DNA of 64,000 nucleotides. Origin: Flaccisagitta enflata (lineage: Eukaryota). The stretch spans positions 38,440,001-38,504,000 of the forward strand of contig OZ231126.1 of NCBI GenBank assembly GCA_965153355.1, in the 5' to 3' direction. The position numbers and the translations under genes were made by a program. The notes below the pieces were generated by a model. That model was not told the DNA's origin. It made no database searches and worked only from the letters and a program-made list of their open reading frames with translations. Shown piece after piece: positions 53,212 through 64,000 of this stretch (within the stretch, counting starts at the first letter, position 1; each line of letters begins with the position of its first letter).

Positions 53212-55938
53212 ATGGCATTCAAAGTCGAATGCGGTTGGTGCCATCGCACGACGACGACGATGACGACCGAAAACGACGCCACGGACGCCGCAGTCGGCGC
53301 TGAAATCGGCGCCGCTTGCCCTCTACACGATTCCCGTCATAAACTGACTTCCGTCTTCGTCACGCGCAAACGATGCGACGATGACATCACGTCTGATTAC
53401 GCTCTTTCATCGTCATCGTCGTTTTCCTGTGGCTGTCATCGACATCTCATCTCTTCTTCTTCATCTCATACAGACAATGTTTCTCGGCCATGCCGAACGC
53501 CATCTCATCAAAACCGTCGCCATCACCGTCATCCTAACGCCGCGCTTTCTTTCACAAACCCTTCTCAATCTCTGTCATCTTCTTCTTCTTCTTCTTCGAG
53601 GTCGTCATCGTTATCTTTATCGCGACAAACCAACTCGTGTCTTCCGACGAGGCGGCGTTCATCGATCGCTTCCTCCTCTTCTTCCTCCTCGCCATCTTTA
53701 CTGTTGCAAACTTGTTTGGTCTTGTTCTCTCTGTGTTTCGCCTCCGTGATAAGCAAGCCGATGATGTCGTCGACTCGACTGCAGCAACAGCTTCACAAAC
53801 TCCGACCTGACGCCCCATCCGTCGTTGACGATATCGCCGTCGCTGCCGCCTCCAATGTTGAATCCGTTCCTCCGCCTTCGATTACCGTTGATTCTTCCGC
53901 TTCCGCTTCCGCCGTCGTCGACGTGAATGACAACCAGCCTCCTCAACCGCCTCCGATCTACGCCGCCTGGGATGAAGGTCGCGGCGTCGTTTATGAAGAA
54001 AAACAACCTTCAAAGATCGAAGCCGCACCGAAAAAGATTCATCGCCATCAGCAGCATCAACAACAAAACAAGGAAGATTCCGTCAAGGTGATTCGTCAAC
54101 AGCAAATGCAACCGAAAAGTCAACAGGATGAGGACGCAACTAAGCGTCGTCAACAACAACGTCAACAACAGCCAAAGCAACAGCAACAACAACCACGTCG
54201 GGAAGAGAAAGCTGCTAACATGCAACAAAGACAACAACAGCCACAACAACAACAACAACAACAGCAAGCGCCACCAAGAAAACCAACTCAGCAACAACAA
54301 CAACAACCGCGTCGTAGGAAGCATGAGGCGCCGGCCGTTTCCAAGTACACCGCCAGCGCCTCTCACTCCGCTCTCGATCTCCCCGAGGGTTTCGATTACG
54401 ATAATTACGACGACGACGGTTTCAACGACACGGCCGCCTTGGAGCGTCTGCTGCACGTCTTCGGCCTCGGGGAGGGCGTGTCGCCGGAGGACGCGCGCCA
54501 CCGCGCCACGCGGCTCCGCCACAAGACGCCGCCGCAGTACATGATGGAACTCTACGACGCCGTTTCTGACGGGAAAACTGGCGTGACGACGGGTAAGAAT
54601 CCTTACGACGCCGACGTCGTTCGCGGGTTCCCAGATAAAGAAAAGAAATTCCAACAATTCAGTTATCAATTCAAAGTCACGCGTCAAAACGTTCCTTGGG
54701 ACGAAGAAGTCATCGCCGCCGAATTCCACGTGTTCAAGATGAAGCCGCGGCCGGGAGACCACGCCTCCTGGATCAACGAGAACAGTCCGCGAAGACGCCG
54801 CTGGCACATCGTCGAGATTCAACTTTTTCAAGTCGTCGATCCTTCAGACAGAAACGACCCGACCAAACAGCGTCTCATCCACACTCGCCGCATCAGTAGC
54901 CACACCATCGGCTGGGAGGTGTTTAACGTCACCCTGCCGGTCAAGAGCTGGATGAACGACACGACGCAGAACCACGGCTTCTTACTCCTGGGCAGAACGT
55001 TGAGAGGCGAGTACATCAACAGCTCTCACTTCCGCATCGCTCAAAGGGCCGAACATCACGACAGCAAGCAACCCATCCTCGTCCTGTTCACCAAAGAGCG
55101 ACAAAAGATGTACCACTACGTCTCTCCCTTTGGCGCCCCCGAAGACGCCTCGAAAATGGTGCCCGACTACACAAGGTACATCTACAAGGCCCGAGGAACC
55201 AATCAAAACGCGCATTTCCTCAACGAAAATTATTCCGTCAAGGAACAGAAAGATAAGGAACTCAAGAAGCAGCAATCCACCACCACGAAGCAAGTGGAAG
55301 AACGCGTGGGCGGCGGAAAATTGGCGTCTCCTTCCTCCAACTCTTTCGTCGATCCGGCGCCGGTTGCCGGTAAAGGCTCCTCTTCTTCTCCATCCTCCTC
55401 TTCCTCCTCCTCATCTCAAGTAGTATACGACGATAACGACGCGGCGTCTGAAGGCAACGGCTGGGAGTTGGACATCATCTCCCACGACAATGGTTACGAA
55501 GTCACCAACAACAACGACGACGACTCTTGGGACTTTTTGGCCGACGACCCCGTCGCGGCATCCTCGCCTCATAGACGCGTTCGAAGAGGCACAAATTACA
55601 AATTCCCTAAACATCGAAAACCGACTTGCGCTCGACACGAACTCTACGTAGACTTTGAAGAGATCGGTTGGTCCGGTTGGATCATTTCTCCGAAGGGTTA
55701 CAACGCGTATCATTGCAAAGGCGCGTGTCCGTTCCCTCTTGGGCAGAATCAAAAACCGACCAATCACGCGACGGTGCAGAGCATCGTTAACGCCCTTAGA
55801 CTAGGCAAGGGAGTCGAAACTCCCTGCTGCGTGCCCAACAAACTATATTCCATCAGTTTATTATATTTCGACGACGATGAAAATGTCGTCTTGAAACAAT
55901 ATGACGATATGGTAGCGGCTAGCTGCGGTTGTCACTGA
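53212..55938 (+). CDS. ADMP: Anti-dorsalizing morphogenetic protein (TGF-beta/BMP family), 908-aa precursor in one uninterrupted ORF
   Basis: TGF-beta propeptide motifs (PPQYMMELY, AEFHVFK, GWEVFNV, NHGF, PILVLF), furin site RRVRR ending at 55587, and a 7-Cys mature domain with the ADMP-type YVDFEEIGWSGWIISPKGYNAYHCKG...PTNHATVQSI...LLYFDDDENVVLKQYDDMVAASCGCH. AATAAA at 56564 and 56651. Confidence 0.93.
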   Translation: MAFKVECGWCHRTTTTMTTENDATDAAVGAEIGAACPLHDSRHKLTSVFVTRKRCDDDITSDYALSSSSSFSCGCHRHLISSSSSHTDNVSRPCRTPSHQNRRHHRHPNAALSFTNPSQSLSSSSSSSSRSSSLSLSRQTNSCLPTRRRSSIASSSSSSSPSLLLQTCLVLFSLCFASVISKPMMSSTRLQQQLHKLRPDAPSVVDDIAVAAASNVESVPPPSITVDSSASASAVVDVNDNQPPQPPPIYAAWDEGRGVVYEEKQPSKIEAAPKKIHRHQQHQQQNKEDSVKVIRQQQMQPKSQQDEDATKRRQQQRQQQPKQQQQQPRREEKAANMQQRQQQPQQQQQQQQAPPRKPTQQQQQQPRRRKHEAPAVSKYTASASHSALDLPEGFDYDNYDDDGFNDTAALERLLHVFGLGEGVSPEDARHRATRLRHKTPPQYMMELYDAVSDGKTGVTTGKNPYDADVVRGFPDKEKKFQQFSYQFKVTRQNVPWDEEVIAAEFHVFKMKPRPGDHASWINENSPRRRRWHIVEIQLFQVVDPSDRNDPTKQRLIHTRRISSHTIGWEVFNVTLPVKSWMNDTTQNHGFLLLGRTLRGEYINSSHFRIAQRAEHHDSKQPILVLFTKERQKMYHYVSPFGAPEDASKMVPDYTRYIYKARGTNQNAHFLNENYSVKEQKDKELKKQQSTTTKQVEERVGGGKLASPSSNSFVDPAPVAGKGSSSSPSSSSSSSSQVVYDDNDAASEGNGWELDIISHDNGYEVTNNNDDDSWDFLADDPVAASSPHRRVRRGTNYKFPKHRKPTCARHELYVDFEEIGWSGWIISPKGYNAYHCKGACPFPLGQNQKPTNHATVQSIVNALRLGKGVETPCCVPNKLYSISLLYFDDDENVVLKQYDDMVAASCGCH

Positions 55939-56915
55939 TGGAGAATGAGAATTGTGTATGTATGTGTGTAAGTGTCTAAGTATGTATTTGTTTGTTGATG
56001 TGTTTTTGAGTGCGTGCTTTGTTATAGTGTTGCATTGTTTGATTGATCTGAAAAAGGGTTTCGTGATTCAAAGCGGGGATTGAAATCGCGTTGTTTTAGC
56101 GTGTCATTGCCTTCTATTTGAAAAAAAGCCAAGTCAAACGTGAATCTAATAATTTAGACAGTTGTTATCGTTGTTGTACTTTGACCGCGATGTACAGACC
56201 CACTTCTAGAGAAAAACAAATTTTAGATTTACAAGAAACAAATGCCATCTCTCTCTCTTTTACTTCGTAATTGAAATATAACTTGTTTTTACAATTGTTT
56301 TAATGATTCCCATGGTTGGTCCCACGTCCCTCCACTCCTTACCCGCCTCCCCCCCCCCCCCACTAGATCCTCCTCCCTCTCATATAGTTTTTTTTTTTTA
56401 AGTACTACCCGCACCCCACACACAAACAACCCCCACCACCCCACTTCCTCAATTTCCCTCCCCTTGTTTTCGCTCCTCTCGTCTTTCCGTGCGATTGCTA
56501 TTGAAATTGAATGTATATTTATAAAATTATAACCTAATGATAGCTCAAAACAAATGCCTTGTAAATAAAATGCCATTGACCTTTCTGTTAGTGTATATAT
56601 AAGATTATCTTTGTCGGGTTATATCAAAGATTGAATTTTTGCGAATCATTAATAAAAAAATTGTCGAAAAAATGAATCTTAAAACGGTCTTTCAATTCCT
56701 TGTCGGGTTTATAAAGTAGCAGTTAGAGAAATGGGAAAGGGAAATAATGGTTTCCCACATGATCATTAGTCAGTCTGGATTGTTTTACACGTCGCGAGTG
56801 GCCGAAGATCAAAGATCTCAAGTATCTTCGTATAACTTCGTGTCAGATATATATTCGTCTTCAAATGTAGAATTATAAATAAATCGTTTTTGAAGAGGCA
56901 GTGAGCGAGAGCGAG

Positions 56916-57014
<99 letters not shown>

Positions 57015-57339
57015 AGGGAGAATGAGAGAAACCGAGAAAAAAAAACTTAATTTCAAAATAGTTTCAACACCTCACTTTTTTTTATTCTCAAAAAATGAGG
57101 GCTTGTTCTTGAAACATTCAAATCCAGTATCCATCTTTCTTTCACAAAACAAAAAAAGGAAAGATAAAAAAGTAGGAAAAAAAAAGAAAGAATGAAAATT
57201 CTTTTGATTGAGAAAAATAAAAAATGGAAGAAAGAATTTGGAAACTTTGAAGACCGACAGTTGCCAGTTAGTACCGAGAATAGGATGTGGATTCGAAAAA
57301 AAGAACATTAGAAAAAAATGTGCAAAAAACCTTTCTCGC

Positions 57340-57670
<331 letters not shown>

Positions 57671-59575
57671 CTTTCTTTCCTTTGTCATTGCTTTTTCTAT
57701 TTTCTTTTTCCTTATCTTGCTTTTTCTTTCTATAAGAGGCTTTGTCCATTGGTCCTTCCATTGGTCCGTCACTCTCGAGTTAAAAAGGCAAAAAACGCGC
57801 ATTTATGATACTGCTGTTGTTACCGGGTGATCAGCCGGAAGTGAGTAAATGTACGGTGCCATTACTCATAAACTACCAAAGAAAATTTAGCGGGGATGAT
57901 CTGGAATTGATAAACGTTTGCTTATCCAAAAAGAAATCGTCCCATGATATTGAGAAACAGCCGTCAAAGTTATATCTCAGTATCAGTCGATTTAAGGAAG
58001 TGCTGCAATTTTGCGCAAAATCCTCATCCAATTTCAAGTCCTTGAAATTTAAGAGGAGACATTTTAGGTAAAGAAATGCCATTCTCATGATTTTCTTTTC
58101 TAAACTGGATGAAAAACCTGTCATTTTGGTACCATAAATCGCATTTTCGGGTTATCCAATTAACATATATACTTTAAACACCATTGACATTAAGTAGATG
58201 GAAAAATGTCAATCATCTAAATGACCTCAAACCCATATCTTTAATAAAAGCGATTACAGCCATTACTTGCAAGAATTTTGGACAACATTATCCATCTTTG
58301 TCTTTGATTAAACGTTCAGTCATAAACTTTCTAATGAACCATTGCCCAAAATTCAATTATCAGTTATTTAGTGTCAGCGTCCAGAGAGATTTTCTCAGTT
58401 CCGGCAGATCATCCGGTATTGTGTGTGTGGGTGTGTTAGTGCGTGGTAGGAGTGGTTGAGGGTGGGGTTGGGGTGAGGCTGGGGGTTGGATGCCCCTGTC
58501 TACCCGTCCACAACGTTATTGTGGCCCCGCGTCACTTGATTTTATTCTCTCTGTCTTTCTTTCTGTCTTTCTTACTTTCTTGCATTCTTTTTTTTTCCTT
58601 TCCTCGGTCCTTTATTTTTCTCTCCTTTTCTCTTCCACCCCTCTCTTTGAGTCGCGGACACGCAGTCCGACGATCTGTCCGTAGCATTTTTGAGTCCTAA
58701 GGAGTGTTCTAGATATGTTTATTTTTTGCAGTACTGCCCCTGGCCAACCGTCCGCAACTTTTGCCCTATTTTGGGTTTTTTCTTTACTTTTCCGCTTTTT
58801 AGTTGGGGACGCTTTGTCCGTTCGTCGGTCCTTCAGTCAAAAAGTGTGTGTCTGTGTGCGTGTGTGTGTGTGGAGAGGTTGGGGTTGGGGTGTGGATGAG
58901 GTTCGGACGCCCCTGCCCACCCGTCCGCAACGATATTGCGACCCCGCGTCACTTGTCTGTAATTTTTTTTCCTTTGCATTGTCTCTTTCCCTAAGATATT
59001 CTATCTTTTTGGGCAGCGGCCCCAAAGGGCCGATGTCCTGTAGGACACAGGGTTGAATTTCTAGATACCCATCCGTCCATCTGTTTGTCCATCCATCCAT
59101 ACATCCATCCCCCCCAAGGCTTCACCAGCTCCTCTTAGGCCTATATCAGTCCCCCAGACCCTAAATCAGCCCTCTCAGGCCCTAAATCCGCCCTCCCAAG
59201 CCTAAAATCAACCCTTCTAGATCCAAATTTAGCTATCAAACCTAAAATCAACCCTCTTAGGCCTTGAATCAGCCCTCAAATTTTCCCTCCCAACTCTTTA
59301 AGCTGCTTTCATCCCTGATCTCATATAAGCCCTTGGACCCCCTGCTCCAAGCAATCAATTGCCCTCAAATATGCCCTCTCAGGATATCTGGAAATTCTCT
59401 CCTACAGGACATTGGCCCTTTAGGGTGGCTGCCGTGCTCTCACTCCACTCCTTCAGCGGATCACTCCAAGCAGGGCATCAGGTACCACTAACCATGTATG
59501 ACCCTTTGATGACTAGTTAATTCTATTTCACTTTCTCTGGCTCTCTGTCTATCTCTGTCTATCTCTGCCAGTCTG

Positions 59576-59670
<95 letters not shown>

Positions 59671-59858
59671 TTTTTCTTCGCACTAATGGCAATGCGTTAA
59701 AACACTGTGGAACAACAAGGACTTAGTTTCAACATTTGTTCGTTTCCTTTATTTTAAGTTCTTCTTCTCTCTCACTCTCTCGACTCCATCTTTCGAAACT
59801 GAACTTCCTTTTTAAAAGGACCTCCCAAAGTATTGACTAAAGATATCCTGTAACAATT

Positions 59859-59916
<58 letters not shown>

Positions 59917-60340
59917 CCGTAATTCAGAGGAAAAACGGGCAGAAATTTCAGAGATTTCTACGGACTTTACCTCTCGATTCCTCAGTGGATTCAAATATTC
60001 CTTTGTTATCATCGGCACCGAATCTTTTTTTCACTGCGAATATAACACTTCAACACTTACTTTTCCCTGAGAAAAAAAGCTGCGTCGACAAGGGCCACCA
60101 TTCATCTCTACACAGTCGACCCTCGTCAGAGCATCCTAACACATAGATATTACTTATGTTCACACATGAGGTGACAAATTAAACAAAACAGAAGAACAAT
60201 ATTAGAAGGTTATGATTACTCTTCCTCATTAATCAATATGTTATTGGAAAAAAAATGAGCAAAAACTGAGTCTTCACAGATTAAGAGAATTTGTCCTTTT
60301 AGCGGAAGTGCACTAACGCGAATACGCGATGCATCAGTAA

Positions 60341-60955
60341 CACTGTGCTTTTAAAAATATTCTCAGTGGAAAGTCATATAACTCTGGGTTTTTCTGCATT
60401 TTTTAGCAGTATTGGGATGTAAGAGCATGTAACTAGTAAAAATAAAATCATTCCCCGAGCGTTTTCTGAGTAATCTTCAAAATAGAAAAAAATTGAGCCT
60501 ATGTGTTTTGCAGATTCTAATGAGTTGTATTGGCTCATTTTTTGATTCCATATTGTTATTCTATACAAAATTTCCTTTCATTTGATAGGTCACACTATAT
60601 GGTTTTATATAGAAATTAGGTTTTCATATTTTGAGCCACCGTTACTTTTTGTAACGGTGACTCAAAAAATGAAAATTTCAATTCTTTGCAAAAGTATAGA
60701 GTGCGACCTATCAAATAAAAGGAAATTTTGCATAGATTAAAAATATAGAATCAGAAATTTAGTCAACACATCCCAGAAGAATCTGCATTGAAGTTAGGTC
60801 TATTTTTTTCTGATTTTGAAGGTTACTCAAAAAGCGCTCAGGGAATGATTTTGTTTTTGCTAGTTACATGCTCTTACTCCCCAATATTGCTCAAAAATGC
60901 AGAAAAACCCACAGTTATATGATTTTTCACTCAGGACTGTTTTAAAAGCACAGTG
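60341..60955. mobile_element. Palindromic MITE with CAC..GTG termini and a 4-bp TSD (Chapaev-like)
   Basis: CACTGTGCTTTTAAAA ... TTTTAAAAGCACAGTG, with GTAA on both sides; the whole 615 bp is an imperfect palindrome. Confidence 0.85.
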
Positions 60956-61242
60956 GTAAGTAAATCTTTTTCTCCCAGGCCTTGGGATGTGGTAGTTGGG
61001 AACAGGGGAGCGGGGGGGGGGGGGGGCTCCATTTGATTACGTAATTGACCGCAAAAATGGTTATTTAGCCAAATGAGAGTCATTTTAACCTCGACATTAA
61101 GACAAAGGTGAGACTAACAATAGAAAATTCTCAAAATAACTACAAATGAATTAATTGTCAGAAAAAAGAATTGCAAGATGAGACCATTCTTAGAGGACAG
61201 AATGCAGTCTTTTTTTCAATGTGAAAAAGAAATCAGAATTTA

Positions 61243-61349
<107 letters not shown>

Positions 61350-61673
61350 TGAAAAGGCGAGGGTCGTCCGACGAAGAAGGAAAAGGATAAAGGAGCAATT
61401 TAGTTGGGATTAGATACCTTAATAGTTCACAAGGGCAGCAGCTGTGCCTATCCGTTGAGAGACACAAACACAAATCTCACTACCGATAGTCATCGACCAA
61501 GAAAGGACAAATTCAAACTACTTCTTTCCCAGTCTCGGGTGTGTGTGAGTGTGTCCGTCCATGGATGGTGTCAAAATTCCAATGTCTTCATGCATATGAT
61601 TTTGTATTGCTAAGGGAGAAAAATCGCAAACAACCCCAACTACTGCAATGGTCGATCACCTAGAAGTGCGAGG

Positions 61674-61831
<158 letters not shown>

Positions 61832-62184
61832 TTAAAGGCTAGCAAGCATTTGCACCATGTCAGAATTTTCAATAGCCGCCCAATGGTCTGCACAGTGCGT
61901 GTGTTGCTTACTTCAATACAGTAGAGTCCGACTAAAACTGAAATAAGAGGGAAGTCAAAACTCTAATAAAGCTAATTGTATCAATCGGGAAAAAAGTCGA
62001 AGTCAGTCTTGGACTTTTTGACATATTCGAGAGAAACATGATTTTCATTTTCTTGTAAGAAAGTTGTAGATAATTCTCTTTCATTTGGCGCCAAGCAGAA
62101 TGCTCTACAACAAATATTTTTTGCATTATGATTTTTTAAAGATTTATTTACGAAAAATTCAAATTGAATTTATGTTTTTTCGAG

Positions 62185-62595
62185 CATGCAAATACAAAAA
62201 AAAACATGTTTGTGAGCATAGCTGCTCATATGTGAGGATGTTTTTGAGCATTTTAGCTCATTTAGCTCATTTTGTTTAATTTCTTTTCTTATTTCAAATA
62301 CGATAAATGAATAAATATTTTGATACATGTTTAAGCAGGCAGATACAAAAAAGCATGTCAGCGAGCATAACTGCTTTTCTGTGAGGGTGTTTTTGAGTAT
62401 TCTTGCTCACTAAGCTCATTTAGCTCAGTCTTTTTTTTTTCCTGATTTTTAATAGGATAAATAAATAAGTATTTGATGTGAGCTTGCAAATACAAAAAAA
62501 CATGTCTGTGAGCATAGCTGGTTATTTGGTTGAGTGATTTTGAGCATTTTAGCTCATCGAGCTCATTTGGCTCAGTCGTATCTTTCTCTGATTTT
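62185..62595 (+). repeat. Three degenerate tandem copies of about 150 bp
   Basis: GCAAATACAAAAAAACATGT...GAGCATAGCTG...TTTTGAGCATTTTAGCTCAT recurs at about 62188, 62338 and 62486. Confidence 0.65.
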
Positions 62596-64000
62596 CAGTG
62601 CAATCAATACATACAATGGCTCTTGATTTGATCAAACAAATAAAAAGATTTGCAGTCACTGGAGACGAAAGCTTGGTGAAAAGTGACCAATGCTTACGAC
62701 TTTTTTCCTCACGGCGACAGCCGCCATTACTGGTATGCTCTTTTCGACCTAATCATTACGAACAGACAGACAGACTGATAAACATTCATATGGATAGATA
62801 GGTGGACGGATAGACAAACAAATGCATCGACAAACGGAAGGACGAACAGACGAAAGGACGGACAAGGCGATTCTGCAATGGGTAACATCTAATTGGGCTA
62901 AAAAAAGTGCCCAAATTTTGTGATGGCCAAAATACCTGTAAAAATAGCTTCTTTTTTTAAGATCATATGAAATTTGTCAAAAATCAAATCGAGCATGTTA
63001 AAATGTTAACCTGTTAACAGGTTAAAACGCCAGGAGGGAATTCTTGGATTTGTTCTAACATGAAGGCTAGAGACCCAGAGATCCCATCACCCATCCCAGG
63101 CCATCCCTTTCTGCAGTTTTGGTTGTAATATTAACCCCGCCAACTTAACCTTTATGCCCTTTCTTCTAATTTTTTTTCATTACTGAAGCTATCATATACC
63201 AGGATTGAACCCATTCCTCTCCAGGTTCGATATTATGTAGTTGGTGGGTGAACCGAACCAACCAACCAACCAACCAACCAAAAAATGGTGTGTGGGCAAC
63301 TTAAACTGAACCGCAAACTCAAGATTGGGTTCGCTTTAAGCTTTTTCATATTGTCACTGTTGAAAAAAAGATATGAAGAAACACTTATACAGGACTGATA
63401 CAGGACATCAACATTCTGAGGCTGCTCCATTAGAAGTTGATCTCGCTGGGCAAGACGTTGGAACCACTTACCAGTTGGCAGTTACCATCTCCGATCCATG
63501 TACGACTGGTTTCCTTCCGGCTATTTCAATTTCTTTACCTTTTCTTTGCCTTTTTCCCACTTTTCCGACCTTTATAGCCGCGTGCTACGCGACTCTACAC
63601 CCCGCTTTGTTGGTCGGTCGGTCGGTCGGTCGGTCGGTCGGTTGGTCGGTCAGTCGGTCGGTACCCATTTTGGACAGCGGCCCCAAAGGGCTCGATGACC
63701 TATGCTTTTACACGGGGAAATTTGTTCCTTATTCTTCTTTGTCCCCCCCCCCCCCCCCAAACTCCAGGATCATATTTCAGCCTCGAGGCCCATATCCCAG
63801 AGTCGAGGCTAAAATCCCATCTTAAGGCCAAAATCCCATCTTCAAGACCCAAATCCCAGCCTCAAGGGATTTGGGCCTCAAGACTGGGATTTGGGTCTTG
63901 AGGCTGGGATATGGGCCTTGAGGCTGAGATATGGGTTTAGAGGTTGGGGGAGGGGGGGACGGAAGAGTAGGAGAAGAAGGAGAAAATTCCCCTGTGTGAA

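Noticed and set aside
54010-55767. Antisense and alternate-frame ORFs over ADMP, gag-pol and ORF3
   Set aside because: They are shadow ORFs of GC-rich coding sequence with no independent motifs.

Overview
This window is repeat-rich genomic DNA from an invertebrate bilaterian animal. It has two host coding regions: a large exon for an uncharacterised multi-pass membrane protein (about 1036-3185) and an uninterrupted 908-aa ADMP (TGF-beta/BMP family) ORF (53212-55938). The main feature is a full-length 12.5-kb BEL/Pao LTR retrotransposon (11609-24103, about 785-bp TG..CA LTRs, ATCGC target-site duplication) with several unusual traits. (1) It has no tRNA-type primer-binding site; the 12 nt directly after the 5' LTR are the exact complement of a 12-mer inside the LTR that starts right after a splice-acceptor-like CAG, which suggests self-priming. 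(2) gag and pol are in one frame, separated by a single TGA-C plus a GC-rich stem-loop, which suggests readthrough. (3) An intact 781-aa non-env third ORF follows integrase. (4) The 3' UTR is highly structured. A diverged solo LTR of the same family sits in a four-level nest: tandem array > TA-flanked MITE > 7.1-kb foldback element > solo LTR. The rest is palindromic MITEs, Helentron/HINE-like short repeats, a 2.5-kb 29-bp minisatellite and microsatellites, which explain most ORFs in the track. All coordinates were read by eye and no database searches were run.
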